Shown: in pieces, positions 38,304 to 47,582 of the stretch
Position numbering within the stretch: the stretch's first letter is position 1
Layout of the letters: each line of letters begins with the position of its first letter
Assembly (NCBI GenBank): GCA_041664605.1
Contig: JBAYKO010000002.1
Span: 7,453-71,452 of the forward strand
DNA length: 64,000 bases
Source of the DNA: Minisyncoccota bacterium
Lineage (GTDB): Bacteria > Patescibacteriota > Minisyncoccia > Phycocordibacterales > UBA9973
Reading direction: 5' to 3'
Position numbers and translations under genes: made by a program
The notes under the pieces: model-generated
What the model was told of the DNA's origin: nothing
What the model saw: only the letters and a program-made list of their open reading frames with translations
Database searches by the model: none

Positions 38304-39638
38304 TTAAATTTCTATCCATTTAGCTTTTTTATTTGAAGTTGATGAAGGACATGGCAAATCGTCTGGCCCTTGAATACCCTCATCATTTGGGCAAAGATCA
38401 AGAGGTTGGTCATTACAAAGAAGGTCAATCACTGGAGCTGATATTTCTTGATGATAAATAATAGATGGATCTTCAAGGTCAACACAATCTATAGAAGCAC
38501 TACTCGAATTTAAATTATATGGTATTAAAATATTATCAGCTTGTTGAGGATGTCCCCCTGTTACAGGAGGGGTAAAATTATAACCCCAAGATGTCTCACA
38601 ATAACCAACATCAAAAACATTATATACAATTTCATACCACTCATCTGCACTAGAGACACAAGTGGTAGGTGAGTATAAATACCATGATGGATTTAACGGA
38701 ACATAACTAACTGTTGTAGAAGCTGTTTGAGTTGCCATACTTGGAACTTCTATACAACTAATAGTGAAAGTTGTTGTTGAATTAGTTAATGGAACATCCA
38801 CTAATTTTGTAAATGGCCCAAAACCATTACCATTATTAGGAACCTGAATAGTATCGCCTGACGATGTAGTACCAAATAAACCATCCCAATCATTTGATCC
38901 ATCTACGGTAGCAGTACATGGACTTGAGCCTGAGCAAGAGAATGCTTCACAATTATTAAAGTTTGTTGATGTTGGAGACTGCCAAGTTAATGTAGTCGTA
39001 TTATTAGAAAATGTGATAGATGAAGGAGAAGCTGAAATCTGAAGGTCGGCCGCACCCCCTGTTGCAATTTTCATATTACTAAAATCTACCCAACCAACAA
39101 CATAAGAACCCCAGCCCATGTGAGTGCCTGTTGCTTTCATAACTTCTAAATCTGGGTCTGTTAAAGGTGGCGTGTCTGGCCCAAAAGCAATTGGTTCTGT
39201 AGAGTCTGGATTACCAAATAAAATCCACCCATCCCAACCATCGTTTGACCCGTTTATTGCCTTTGCAAAACCAACAACAGTATTTGTATCAGGATCAAAA
39301 TATGCCCCAGTTCTCCAGCTATTAGGGACACCATCAGTAGGGAAACTACTTAATCCACCAAATTTAACCCAGCCAATGTTCGAAGACCATGCGTAACCAG
39401 AAAGTTCGTTTTGAGAATTTATTTCTACTCCATATGGTACATTCCCATTAGAGCAATCAGGATTAGAACCCATTGGGTTATTACAATTATTGAAACTTAT
39501 CCAACCAATGTTTTGAGACCATGCTTCACCATAAACATTTTGCATTGGACTAGCAAAAGTTTTTTGATTTGTAAAAAATAAGGAGATTATAAAAATAAAA
39601 ATAAATAATGAGAATTTAAAAATTTTACCTTTTATCAT
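38304..39638 (-). CDS. Secreted surface protein with G.AWS.NIGW repeats
   Basis: GEAWSQNIGWISF, GYAWSSNIGWVKF, GWGSYVVGWVDF repeats. Confidence 0.8.
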   Translation of the reverse strand: MIKGKIFKFSLFIFIFIISLFFTNQKTFASPMQNVYGEAWSQNIGWISFNNCNNPMGSNPDCSNGNVPYGVEINSQNELSGYAWSSNIGWVKFGGLSSFPTDGVPNSWRTGAYFDPDTNTVVGFAKAINGSNDGWDGWILFGNPDSTEPIAFGPDTPPLTDPDLEVMKATGTHMGWGSYVVGWVDFSNMKIATGGAADLQISASPSSITFSNNTTTLTWQSPTSTNFNNCEAFSCSGSSPCTATVDGSNDWDGLFGTTSSGDTIQVPNNGNGFGPFTKLVDVPLTNSTTTFTISCIEVPSMATQTASTTVSYVPLNPSWYLYSPTTCVSSADEWYEIVYNVFDVGYCETSWGYNFTPPVTGGHPQQADNILIPYNLNSSSASIDCVDLEDPSIIYHQEISAPVIDLLCNDQPLDLCPNDEGIQGPDDLPCPSSTSNKKAKWIEI

Positions 39639-39837
39639 ATCTAAAATAATAACACAAATACATTTTAATTTAAACACACTGTGGAAAAACAAACCATCTT
39701 CCCAAATCAAAAAAGGTTATAATTTTTAGTTTTAGTCCTAAAAAAATTAGGACTTTATTGTTACTTATCTGTATAATTTGAATAGACTTTTTATTGTACA
39801 AAAAAATAATAAAATACTATGAAAGGAGGTGTTAAAT

Positions 39838-40056
39838 ATGGGTTTATTTGATTTTATTTTTGGTTCGAGTACAGGCTCTGACCCAAAGACCAGGGTTTCA
39901 GATAACGGAGAAAAAATAACCGTAAGAAATAGTGATGTTGTTTTTGATCACAATTCAGGAAAACACGAAACTGCTTGGTCAAAAACAGAAGTTGATACAA
40001 GGACTGGTGATTCAAAAACAAGTGAAGGTGCACATGGGTCCAACTACCAAAAATGA
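39838..40056 (+). CDS. Small hypothetical protein
   Basis: Strong SD AAAGGAGGT upstream of ATG at 39838. Confidence 0.6.
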   Translation: MGLFDFIFGSSTGSDPKTRVSDNGEKITVRNSDVVFDHNSGKHETAWSKTEVDTRTGDSKTSEGAHGSNYQK

Positions 40057-40139
40057 GTTATCAAATTCATTTTTGGTATACAAAAAAAACGCTGGGGTAT
40101 GTTATACATTCAGCGTTTTTTATTTTATAATAGAAGGGT

Positions 40140-40418
40140 ATGAACAAAATAACATCAGAAGAAAATAAAGAACTATTTTTAAAAACTTCTATTGTGATGG
40201 GCTTTATTTTATTAGGAGAAAATATTTTAGCAAAAGAATTATTTGAAAAACTAAATTTTCTAAAATTAAAAGATTCTAAAAATAGAGTCAATCCATATTT
40301 ATATAATCTAGCTTATGAGTTATTTCTATTTTTTGATGATAGAGATGTGACAACAATAGAAGATATTAAATCTGAATACAGAAAATGTTGTATTGAATAT
40401 AAAAATTTAGATAAATAA
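40140..40418 (+). CDS. Hypothetical protein
   Basis: 92 aa ORF followed by hairpin at 40428-40465. Confidence 0.55.
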   Translation: MNKITSEENKELFLKTSIVMGFILLGENILAKELFEKLNFLKLKDSKNRVNPYLYNLAYELFLFFDDRDVTTIEDIKSEYRKCCIEYKNLDK

Positions 40419-40468
40419 ATAATATAAAAAACAAATCCCCCGCCGGTTACACCGTGGGGGATTTTAAA

Positions 40469-42037
40469 TTAGTTAGAAACAACAATTTTACCTTTTTTGA
40501 TATTCAAATCATAAAGGTAAATTCCAGAAGAAACATTTAAATTAATGATTTCTTCTTGTTTGTCTATCTTTTTCGAAAAAATAAGCCTCGAGGAAAGATC
40601 GTAGAGATTGAAAGTAAAACCTTGTGCATTTGTAATAATTAAATTACCAATAGTAGGATTTGGAAACAAAGAAATCTGATTTTCTCCAATATTTTCCTCC
40701 GTTACCGAAGTTATTATTGAATAGCAGATTTGTTGTGTGGGTGTAGCTGAACCAACAATAGTTGCTGGAGTATTAACTACAACAGAATCTGTAACATCAA
40801 CTGTCTGTAAAACAACATTATTAACAACAGTCGCTGGTGTAGAAGATATCATTCCTGCATTTTCTTCATCACATCCAGATGTTCCTGACCATTCAGCTTT
40901 TACTAAATAAAGTTTGCTTTGTGAAAAACCAGTTGCAATAAAACCTCCATCAGATGTTTGCATCCCAGAATAAAAATAGTCACCATTTGTAGTCGATAAA
41001 CCAATTAATTTATTCCATAAAATTGAGCCGTTAGCATCAATTTTTACCAAGCAAGCATCATCATCCCAATCTGTAGAATCGCCAGACATTCCAAAAATTG
41101 CATACCCGCCATCAGATGTTTGAGACATTGAATAACTTCTTTCCCAATTTCCATTACCAATAGTCTTAGACCATTCAAGATTTCCATTTGCATCAGTTTT
41201 TACAACATAAAAGTTGTCATCATATTGAGTGTTAACAAAACTTTCAGTGTACCCACAAGCAATAAAACCCCCATCTTGAGTTTGAAGTACTGAATAACCA
41301 CCATCAGCAAGGGGTCCGCCATAAAGTTTTGACCACACTAGATTACCAAGACTATCAGTCTTAATTAGACAAAGATCATAATTACCAGCACCAATATATC
41401 CTCCGTGCCAACCAGTAATAATAAAACCATGATCATTTGTCTGTTGGATTGAAAGTCCGTAATCAGTATCACCACCATCATACATCTTAGACCATTGTAA
41501 GTTTCCATTTGAATTAAGTTTAATAATCCAAATATCAGCAAAAATTGAGCCAAAACCTTCGGTGTATCCCAAAATAACGTAGCCTCCATCAGATGTTTGT
41601 TTTACGGAATAGGAGTAATCATCTCTGTCTGACGAAAATGTTCTTGACCATTCTAAGTTTCCGCTTGCATCAGTTTTAATCACGTAAACGTCTTCAAAGT
41701 ATATTAGGGTTGGAAACGAAGAAGTTTCCCCTGCGATAATATAGCCACCGTCAGATGTTAATTCAATAGAGTAACCAACATCAATACCAGTTCCACCATA
41801 AGTTTTACTCCATAATTTAATACCATCTGCATCAGTTTTAATGAGACAGACTTCATCGTTTACATACCCAGTGATGACATATCCACCATCGGGTGTTTGT
41901 TTTACATCGTTTCCCAGCCCAGCTGATCCAAATAATCTTTGGAAAATAGGCATTTGAGTTTGAGTTTTCCCTGTTTGAGCTATCAATACGAAGCCAAACA
42001 AAAGAATAATAATTGTGAAAAATTTGTTTGTTTTCAT
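40469..42037 (-). CDS. Beta-propeller repeat protein with T9SS type-A C-terminal sorting domain
   Basis: Repeated QTSDGGY..G / KTD..GN..WS units; C-terminal LFPNPT...LYDLSSR...SSGIYL...KIVV. Confidence 0.85.
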   Translation of the reverse strand: MKTNKFFTIIILLFGFVLIAQTGKTQTQMPIFQRLFGSAGLGNDVKQTPDGGYVITGYVNDEVCLIKTDADGIKLWSKTYGGTGIDVGYSIELTSDGGYIIAGETSSFPTLIYFEDVYVIKTDASGNLEWSRTFSSDRDDYSYSVKQTSDGGYVILGYTEGFGSIFADIWIIKLNSNGNLQWSKMYDGGDTDYGLSIQQTNDHGFIITGWHGGYIGAGNYDLCLIKTDSLGNLVWSKLYGGPLADGGYSVLQTQDGGFIACGYTESFVNTQYDDNFYVVKTDANGNLEWSKTIGNGNWERSYSMSQTSDGGYAIFGMSGDSTDWDDDACLVKIDANGSILWNKLIGLSTTNGDYFYSGMQTSDGGFIATGFSQSKLYLVKAEWSGTSGCDEENAGMISSTPATVVNNVVLQTVDVTDSVVVNTPATIVGSATPTQQICYSIITSVTEENIGENQISLFPNPTIGNLIITNAQGFTFNLYDLSSRLIFSKKIDKQEEIINLNVSSGIYLYDLNIKKGKIVVSN

Positions 42038-42139
42038 AGTTTCAATAGCCCCTCCTTGAGACTTATTTTTTATTGTTTAAGAACTTTTAACACTTCTTAA
42101 GAAAGTGTTAGGCGAACATTTACACAGTAAGTGTTTTAG

Positions 42140-42182
42140 CCTTTTCTGCCCCAACTTTACCATATTTTTCAACGCAAGTCAA
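42140..42182 (-). promoter_or_regulatory. Cassette-type promoter/leader
   Basis: TTGACT-17-TAAAGT-tggggc-AGAAAAGG. Confidence 0.75.
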
Positions 42183-42196
42183 AGAAATGTGGATAA

Positions 42197-42330
42197 CCCC
42201 CACACCTATCCCGCCCTTATTCTGCTTTTCAATAACCACTCCTATTATAATCTCAACAACTTATCTAGGTTTAATATTTAAAGAACAGTCTATCTACAGA
42301 ATAAAAGCAAGGGCGGGACAGGTGTGGGGG
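42197..42330. mobile_element. 134-bp CCC...GGG inverted-repeat mini-element with ATAA duplication
   Basis: cccccacacctatcccgccctt / aagggcgggacaggtgtggggg; ATAA on both flanks. Confidence 0.7.
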
Positions 42331-42434
42331 ATAACCCGTGCATTCTCACTTCCGAAAAGGACCGCTCTTTTTGAGATTTAGTTTTACAAAAAATCCCCCG
42401 ATATCAATCGGGGAATTTTTATTTTCTCTATTTA

Positions 42435-42839
42435 TTATAGATTTTTGAGAGAGTTCAATAAGTCTAATTTTTGTTGATCTGTTAGTCCGTCACTATTTTT
42501 TGTAGTTCCTGAATTTGCTCCAGAAGTAGAGCCAGTTGTTCCCGATGTTGTACCACTAGTATTTTTTACAGTACCGGATGATAAATTATTTAAAATTTTT
42601 GCTTTTTGATCGGTTGTTAGATTCATGTCTTTTGAAGAATCAGACAGGTCTTTTAAAATATCCAATTTTTGTTGCTCATTTAAGTTATTCATATCAACAG
42701 GCTTTCTAAGTAATAAATAACCAACAACAAGAAGTGCTGTAAGTGCCACTATTAATAAAATTATTCTTAATTTATTTTTTGGATTTTTTAAATCCATTGC
42801 TCCACTATTTTTTTGAGGAAAAATATTTATACTTTTCAT
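42435..42839 (-). CDS. Membrane-anchored protein with three L..QQK..IL..L motifs
   Basis: Single TM; repeated helical motif. Confidence 0.7.
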   Translation of the reverse strand: MKSINIFPQKNSGAMDLKNPKNKLRIILLIVALTALLVVGYLLLRKPVDMNNLNEQQKLDILKDLSDSSKDMNLTTDQKAKILNNLSSGTVKNTSGTTSGTTGSTSGANSGTTKNSDGLTDQQKLDLLNSLKNL

Positions 42840-42955
42840 AAGATTGTGTCTGTCATCTAAGACAGAAAAATTATTTATTTACCCTGAGTTTATCGAAGGG
42901 TTACCTTAATCATAACATTTAAGAAATCGAGCAACAAGAAACCTTGTGGGAAAAA

Positions 42956-43311
42956 CCCCCACACCTTTTATTTTATTGTCTTAGGTCATATACCTGCACA
43001 ACCTTTCAAGAAGAAAGGTGTGGAGGTATAATTTTTTATATGTATTATTTATATATTCTAAAAAGTTTAAAAGATGAAAAATTGTATATTGGTTCAACTA
43101 ATGACCTAAGACGAAGACTTTCGGAACATAATAATGGCCTTAATCGTTCAACAAAAGCACGACTGCCATTTGAAATTAGGTATTACGAAGCTTATAAAAG
43201 TGAGTATGATGCTAGAAAAAGAGAATATTCATTAAAAAAAGATGGAAAGGCATTAGGGCAACTAAAAAAGAGAATATCCGAAAGTCTTCTATAAAACAAA
43301 AGGTGTGGGGG
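42956..43311. mobile_element. 356-bp inverted-repeat element carrying a GIY-YIG nuclease
   Basis: 21-bp arms cccccacaccttttattttat / ataaaacaaaaggtgtggggg (1 mismatch); AAAA on both flanks. Confidence 0.7.
43040..43294 (+). CDS. GIY-YIG nuclease family protein (standalone)
   Basis: YYLYILKS...LYIGSTNDLRRRLSEHN...YYEAY...ARKRE..LK. Confidence 0.92.
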   Translation: MYYLYILKSLKDEKLYIGSTNDLRRRLSEHNNGLNRSTKARLPFEIRYYEAYKSEYDARKREYSLKKDGKALGQLKKRISESLL

Positions 43312-43364
43312 AAAAGTAAAAGCCCCCAACCGTGATTGGGGGCTTTTGAAAGTCATAAAAAATA

Positions 43365-43826
43365 TTAATTCCCGGCAAATAGAAACTTAGTAAGTTCCTG
43401 ATTTGATCCGTAAGAAAATGATGTTTTAAGCTCTGTTCCATTTCTGGGACAAAAACTAAAATAGAAGAAAATTGGTTTTCCAACTAAATGAATAGTATTA
43501 ATGAATGGAAAAATTCTTATTCCAGATTTTCCATGATTAATACCAGCAAAAATTGCTTCATGAATACTCACTTGTCCGAGACTTTGTCCTTTTCCCAAAT
43601 TATCCAGTTGGTAAAAACCAACATTATTTTTTAGAGACAAGAGATGTAAATTTCTGTGTGAGTTTCTTTTGTGACCTTTTTCTTCTTCTGCCAAAATTAA
43701 ATGGCGTAAATAATTCTCTGTTTCAAGACTTATTTTTACAAATTTTTTTAAAAGTGTAAGCAATTCGTCTGCAGACAAACTGTAATCAACTTTCAATCCG
43801 TCTAAAATTTTTCTTTCTTTAATCAT
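43365..43826 (-). CDS. Orphan protein (cassette-like)
   Basis: Own promoter TTGACT-16-TAATCT (starts AGT, not AGA) and terminator at 43318-43347. Confidence 0.6.
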   Translation of the reverse strand: MIKERKILDGLKVDYSLSADELLTLLKKFVKISLETENYLRHLILAEEEKGHKRNSHRNLHLLSLKNNVGFYQLDNLGKGQSLGQVSIHEAIFAGINHGKSGIRIFPFINTIHLVGKPIFFYFSFCPRNGTELKTSFSYGSNQELTKFLFAGN

Positions 43827-44039
43827 TGTATAATTTTTTATAATGAACAAACTTGAAATAGATTAGCATATATCTATAAAAAGTCAAGATTTTGAATATT
43901 TACCAATTTTAGCATTTGACATTTCCTTTAATATGTCTATTATAGTAAATGTAAGTCCGTCACGAAACGGGCTTTTATTTTAAAAAATTTAATATTAAAA
44001 AAATAAAAAAGGTATCGAAAGTTTTGTTTTAGTATTTTA

Positions 44040-44070
44040 CTAGAACCTAGAACCTAGAACCTATCACCTA
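44040..44070 (+). repeat. Five-unit CTA-N4 heptamer array in nusA leader
   Basis: ctagaac ctagaac ctagaac ctatcac cta, 4 nt before ATG. Confidence 0.85.
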
Positions 44071-44074
44071 ATTT

Positions 44075-45487
44075 ATGTTAGATATAAAAGTAATGAAATC
44101 CGCTCTTGAACAATTAGAAGAAGAGCGAAAAATTCCAAAAGAAAAAATAATCGAAGCTATCGAGCAGGCTGTTGCCGCTGCTTACAAAAAAGATTACGGC
44201 AAGAAAGGCCAGATAGTTAGAACTCATCTTGATATGGATACAGGTGCACTTGAATTTTCTCAAGTAAAAATTGTTGTTGATGACACTCTTGTAAAAATGC
44301 CAAAAGACGAAGATGAGGAAGGTGAAGAAAAACAAACTGAAGAAATTGTTGATGATGGAGATGAGAGAGCTTATTTTAATCCTGAACATCACATCTGGCT
44401 TGAAGATGCAAAAAAAATAAAAAGTAATGTTAAGCTCGAAGAAGAAATTATTTTTCCACTTGAAATGCGTGATGACTTCGGAAGAATCGCAGCACAAACC
44501 GCAAAGCAAGTTATTATCCAAAGAATTCGAGAAGCAGAAAGAGAATCAATTGTCGGAGAGTATGGAGAAAAGGAAGGAGAAATCGTTAGTGGAATAGTTC
44601 AAAAAATTGAACACGGTGATGTCTTCGTAGATTTCAATAGAACAGTCGGAGTAATTCCTTTCAGTGAACAAATTCCAAATGAACACTACAGAAGAGGTGA
44701 AAGAATTCGCGCATACTTGTACATGGTTGAAGAAACTCCACGCGGAGTAAATTTGAGATTATCTCGAACTCATCCAAAATTTTTAGAAAAACTTTTTGAA
44801 ATGGAAGCACCAGAAATCGCAAGTGGCGTTGTTGAAATAAAAAGTGTTGCTCGCGAACCAGGATCAAGATCTAAGATCGCGGTTAAATCAAATGATGAAC
44901 ATATTGATCCAGTGGGATCATGTGTCGGCCAACGCGGTGTCAGAGTTTCGACAGTAATGAATGAATTGGGTGGAGAAAAAATTGATCTTATAGAATGGTC
45001 AGATGATCCAAAAAAATTCGTCTCAAGTTCTCTGTCACCAGCAAAAGTTTTAGATATTGAAATTGATGAAAATTTACATCGTGCAAATGTCGAAGTTGCA
45101 GAAGATCATCTATCTCTTGCAATCGGTAAAGGAGGACAAAATGTTCGTCTCGCTGCAAAATTAACTGGATGGAAAATTGATATCAATGGAGTACAAAATG
45201 AAGAAGTTGCAAGCGATGAAGATAAAATTGAAACTGATAATGATAATGAGGAAATTGATAGTGAAACACTTGAAGAAAAATTTGGAAGCGAACAAGTAGT
45301 TGATGAAACAGATGAAAGCAAGGAAGGAATAGAGAATATTACTGATGAAACTGATGAAGAAGATAGTGATGAAAATGAAAACAAAGTGGGGGATGAACCA
45401 GCTATTCAAATAATAAATGATGAAAAAATAAAAGTTGATGACTCTCCTGCCATAGAAATTGTGAAAGAGAAAAAGAAGAAAAAATAG
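44075..45487 (+). CDS. nusA: Transcription factor NusA with acidic C-terminal tail
   Basis: FGRIAAQTAKQVI, S1 and KH domains, AIGKGGQNVRLAAKLTGWKIDI. Confidence 0.98.
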   Translation: MLDIKVMKSALEQLEEERKIPKEKIIEAIEQAVAAAYKKDYGKKGQIVRTHLDMDTGALEFSQVKIVVDDTLVKMPKDEDEEGEEKQTEEIVDDGDERAYFNPEHHIWLEDAKKIKSNVKLEEEIIFPLEMRDDFGRIAAQTAKQVIIQRIREAERESIVGEYGEKEGEIVSGIVQKIEHGDVFVDFNRTVGVIPFSEQIPNEHYRRGERIRAYLYMVEETPRGVNLRLSRTHPKFLEKLFEMEAPEIASGVVEIKSVAREPGSRSKIAVKSNDEHIDPVGSCVGQRGVRVSTVMNELGGEKIDLIEWSDDPKKFVSSSLSPAKVLDIEIDENLHRANVEVAEDHLSLAIGKGGQNVRLAAKLTGWKIDINGVQNEEVASDEDKIETDNDNEEIDSETLEEKFGSEQVVDETDESKEGIENITDETDEEDSDENENKVGDEPAIQIINDEKIKVDDSPAIEIVKEKKKKK

Positions 45488-45549
45488 AAAAAGAAAAACC
45501 GTTTCGACACCTAAATGTCGAAACGGTTTTTTTGATACTACTGGCATTA

Positions 45550-45777
45550 TTATTTTTTTAACACCGCTTTTAGTGCACCAGAGCCAATCACATAGCCGAT
45601 GTTTAGTATCTCAACAATAAGCCACACCCATAAAATACACAAAATTCCTAAGCCAGAAAAGAGTGATATCAAAAATTTTTTTGTTGAAATATTTTTACAA
45701 ACCTCTTTCCAAAGACTAGAAACCATATCTATGAATTGATCTCTTAACTTTTTAATGCCTGATTTCTTAGCTGCCAT
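45550..45777 (-). CDS. Orphan cassette small membrane protein
   Basis: Promoter TTGACA-17-TACAAT-6-AGA at 45796-45833; shares terminator 45495-45533 with nusA. Confidence 0.7.
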   Translation of the reverse strand: MAAKKSGIKKLRDQFIDMVSSLWKEVCKNISTKKFLISLFSGLGILCILWVWLIVEILNIGYVIGSGALKAVLKK

Positions 45778-45833
45778 ATTTAAGATCTTTTAAATTCTAG
45801 TACAATTGTATCATATTTAGATTGTTTTGTCAA

Positions 45834-45914
45834 CCCAACATACTTACTTTGTTTTTCGGGATATATCTTTAAAATCAGCCTTCATTTATCTATGCAACAA
45901 AGTAAGTGTATGGG
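45834..45914. mobile_element. 81-bp CCC...GGG inverted-repeat mini-element with TCAA duplication
   Basis: cccaacatacttactttgtt / aacaaagtaagtgtatggg; TCAA at 45830-45833 and 45915-45918. Confidence 0.65.
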
Positions 45915-46081
45915 TCAACCCAATAAAATGTAACGATTTTGTCCCTCATTCGGCATAAATGATATAATGTAAAAAACTTCACCCGAAAAATGAAGTAAAA
46001 ATTATTAGTTAAAAATTTATTATTAATTATTAAATAAAAAATCACGAAAAAGAGTTTTGCTCTCACGTGATAAAATATCTT

Positions 46082-47140
46082 ATGAAAAAATTAAAACTCG
46101 CATTCATATTATCCGTTCTTGGTTTAATGGTCATCCCATTTGCAACCAAGGCAGCATCTTGTACAACATTCCCAGCTGCATCTCTATCTCTTGATCCCAA
46201 CACCCCAATCTCACAATTAGTAACAGCTGGATCACAAAACATTGGGTTAGCTAAATTAAAAATTACGGCTGTAAATTGTGATATCACAGTGAAAGGAATA
46301 TCTCTCTATTCATCACCAAATAAAAATACTTTGAAAAATACTCTTAGTGTTTTAAAAATTTATAACGGTGGAACATTACTTGCTTCTGGAACAAATTTAG
46401 ATCCAGATGAAGGACAAGCAGTTGGCATTGGAAACTTCACAACCCCAATATTTTTAACACAAAGACAATCAGTTACATTAACTGTTACTGGAGACATAAA
46501 AACAAATGCCTCAGGAACTCTTGCTGTTGGGTTTAAAGACGCATCAATTTGGGATACAACTCTAAATACACAAACTCCAATGACTGAGTGGTTAACATTT
46601 TTTCCAAAAGGAAATGTAATGACAATTCTTAACACAAGTACATCATCAGATGATGACGAAAATGATGACAGTAAAAATGGAAATAAAAATGAGGAAAATA
46701 ATGAAGACAATGATGACAGAAATAAAAATAATGAAAATTATGGACAAGAAAATTCTGCTTCAAAACAATTAAGAAATGAACAAAGAAAAGAATTGAAAGA
46801 AGCAAAAAAGTTAACTGAGACAAAAGAAAGAGCTGTGAAGAAAATTTCTGCAGCAATAGAAAGATTACAAAAATTACAAGATAGATTACAATCAAGAATT
46901 ACAAAACTTGATGGATCAAAAATAAACACAGTTGAAGCTAAAAAGTTTTTAGAACAATCAAAAACAAAATTAGCTGAAGCAAAAGTTTTATTTGAAAGTC
47001 TAAAAAATGGAACAGTACCACCAACCATAGAACAATTAAAAACTGGTGCAAAAAGTCTTGAAGATATGTTAAAACTTTCAAAAGAATTTTTAACTAACGC
47101 GATTGAATCATTAAAAGCATCTACTCCAAAAACTAATTAA
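46082..47140 (+). CDS. Secreted protein with beta domain, acidic linker and coiled-coil C-terminus
   Basis: Signal peptide MKKLKLAF...ATKA; D/E/N-rich linker; helical tail. Confidence 0.8.
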   Translation: MKKLKLAFILSVLGLMVIPFATKAASCTTFPAASLSLDPNTPISQLVTAGSQNIGLAKLKITAVNCDITVKGISLYSSPNKNTLKNTLSVLKIYNGGTLLASGTNLDPDEGQAVGIGNFTTPIFLTQRQSVTLTVTGDIKTNASGTLAVGFKDASIWDTTLNTQTPMTEWLTFFPKGNVMTILNTSTSSDDDENDDSKNGNKNEENNEDNDDRNKNNENYGQENSASKQLRNEQRKELKEAKKLTETKERAVKKISAAIERLQKLQDRLQSRITKLDGSKINTVEAKKFLEQSKTKLAEAKVLFESLKNGTVPPTIEQLKTGAKSLEDMLKLSKEFLTNAIESLKASTPKTN

Positions 47141-47191
47141 CAATTTATTAAACTTGTCCGCCTTTGGTGGATTTAATCTCAAATAAAAAAT

Positions 47192-47455
47192 ATGGAAAAC
47201 GAAAATATAAAAAACGGAGAAAGTAAATCACATGGAGCCTTGATTGGTTCAATCATAGTTGTAGTAATTCTTATCATTGGTGGAATTTATTTTTGGAACA
47301 CAGATGTGAAGCAAGCATTACAAGAAAAACAACTCAATCAACAAGATGAACAATTAGTACAACAATTAAATACACAAGGAACTTCAGATGAACTAGCTGA
47401 TATTGAAAAAGATTTAAATGACACTCAACTAGATAATTTAGATCAAAATATTTAG
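47192..47455 (+). CDS. Small single-TM protein
   Basis: GALIGSIIVVVILIIGGIYFW; SDELADIEKDL. Confidence 0.75.
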   Translation: MENENIKNGESKSHGALIGSIIVVVILIIGGIYFWNTDVKQALQEKQLNQQDEQLVQQLNTQGTSDELADIEKDLNDTQLDNLDQNI

Positions 47456-47582
47456 TCCCCTATTTTAAAAAGCCACCCCGACATAAAGGTCGGGGTGGCT
47501 TTTTATTTTGCAAAATGATAAATTAGAAAAACATTAGAAATTAATCAAGGTATTTTATTAAAAATAACTTACATATATTGAG

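Noticed and set aside
42039-42062. GTCTCAAGGAGGGGCTATTGAAAC (minus strand) resembles a CRISPR repeat end
   Set aside because: Single copy with no spacers; it is the SD-containing leader of the 40469-42037 gene
22678-42196. Isolated DnaA boxes (TGTGGATAA at 22678 and 42188) and core-gene strand switch near 44 kb as oriC
   Set aside because: Single boxes adjacent to repeat elements, no dnaA/dnaN, and no skew calculation possible
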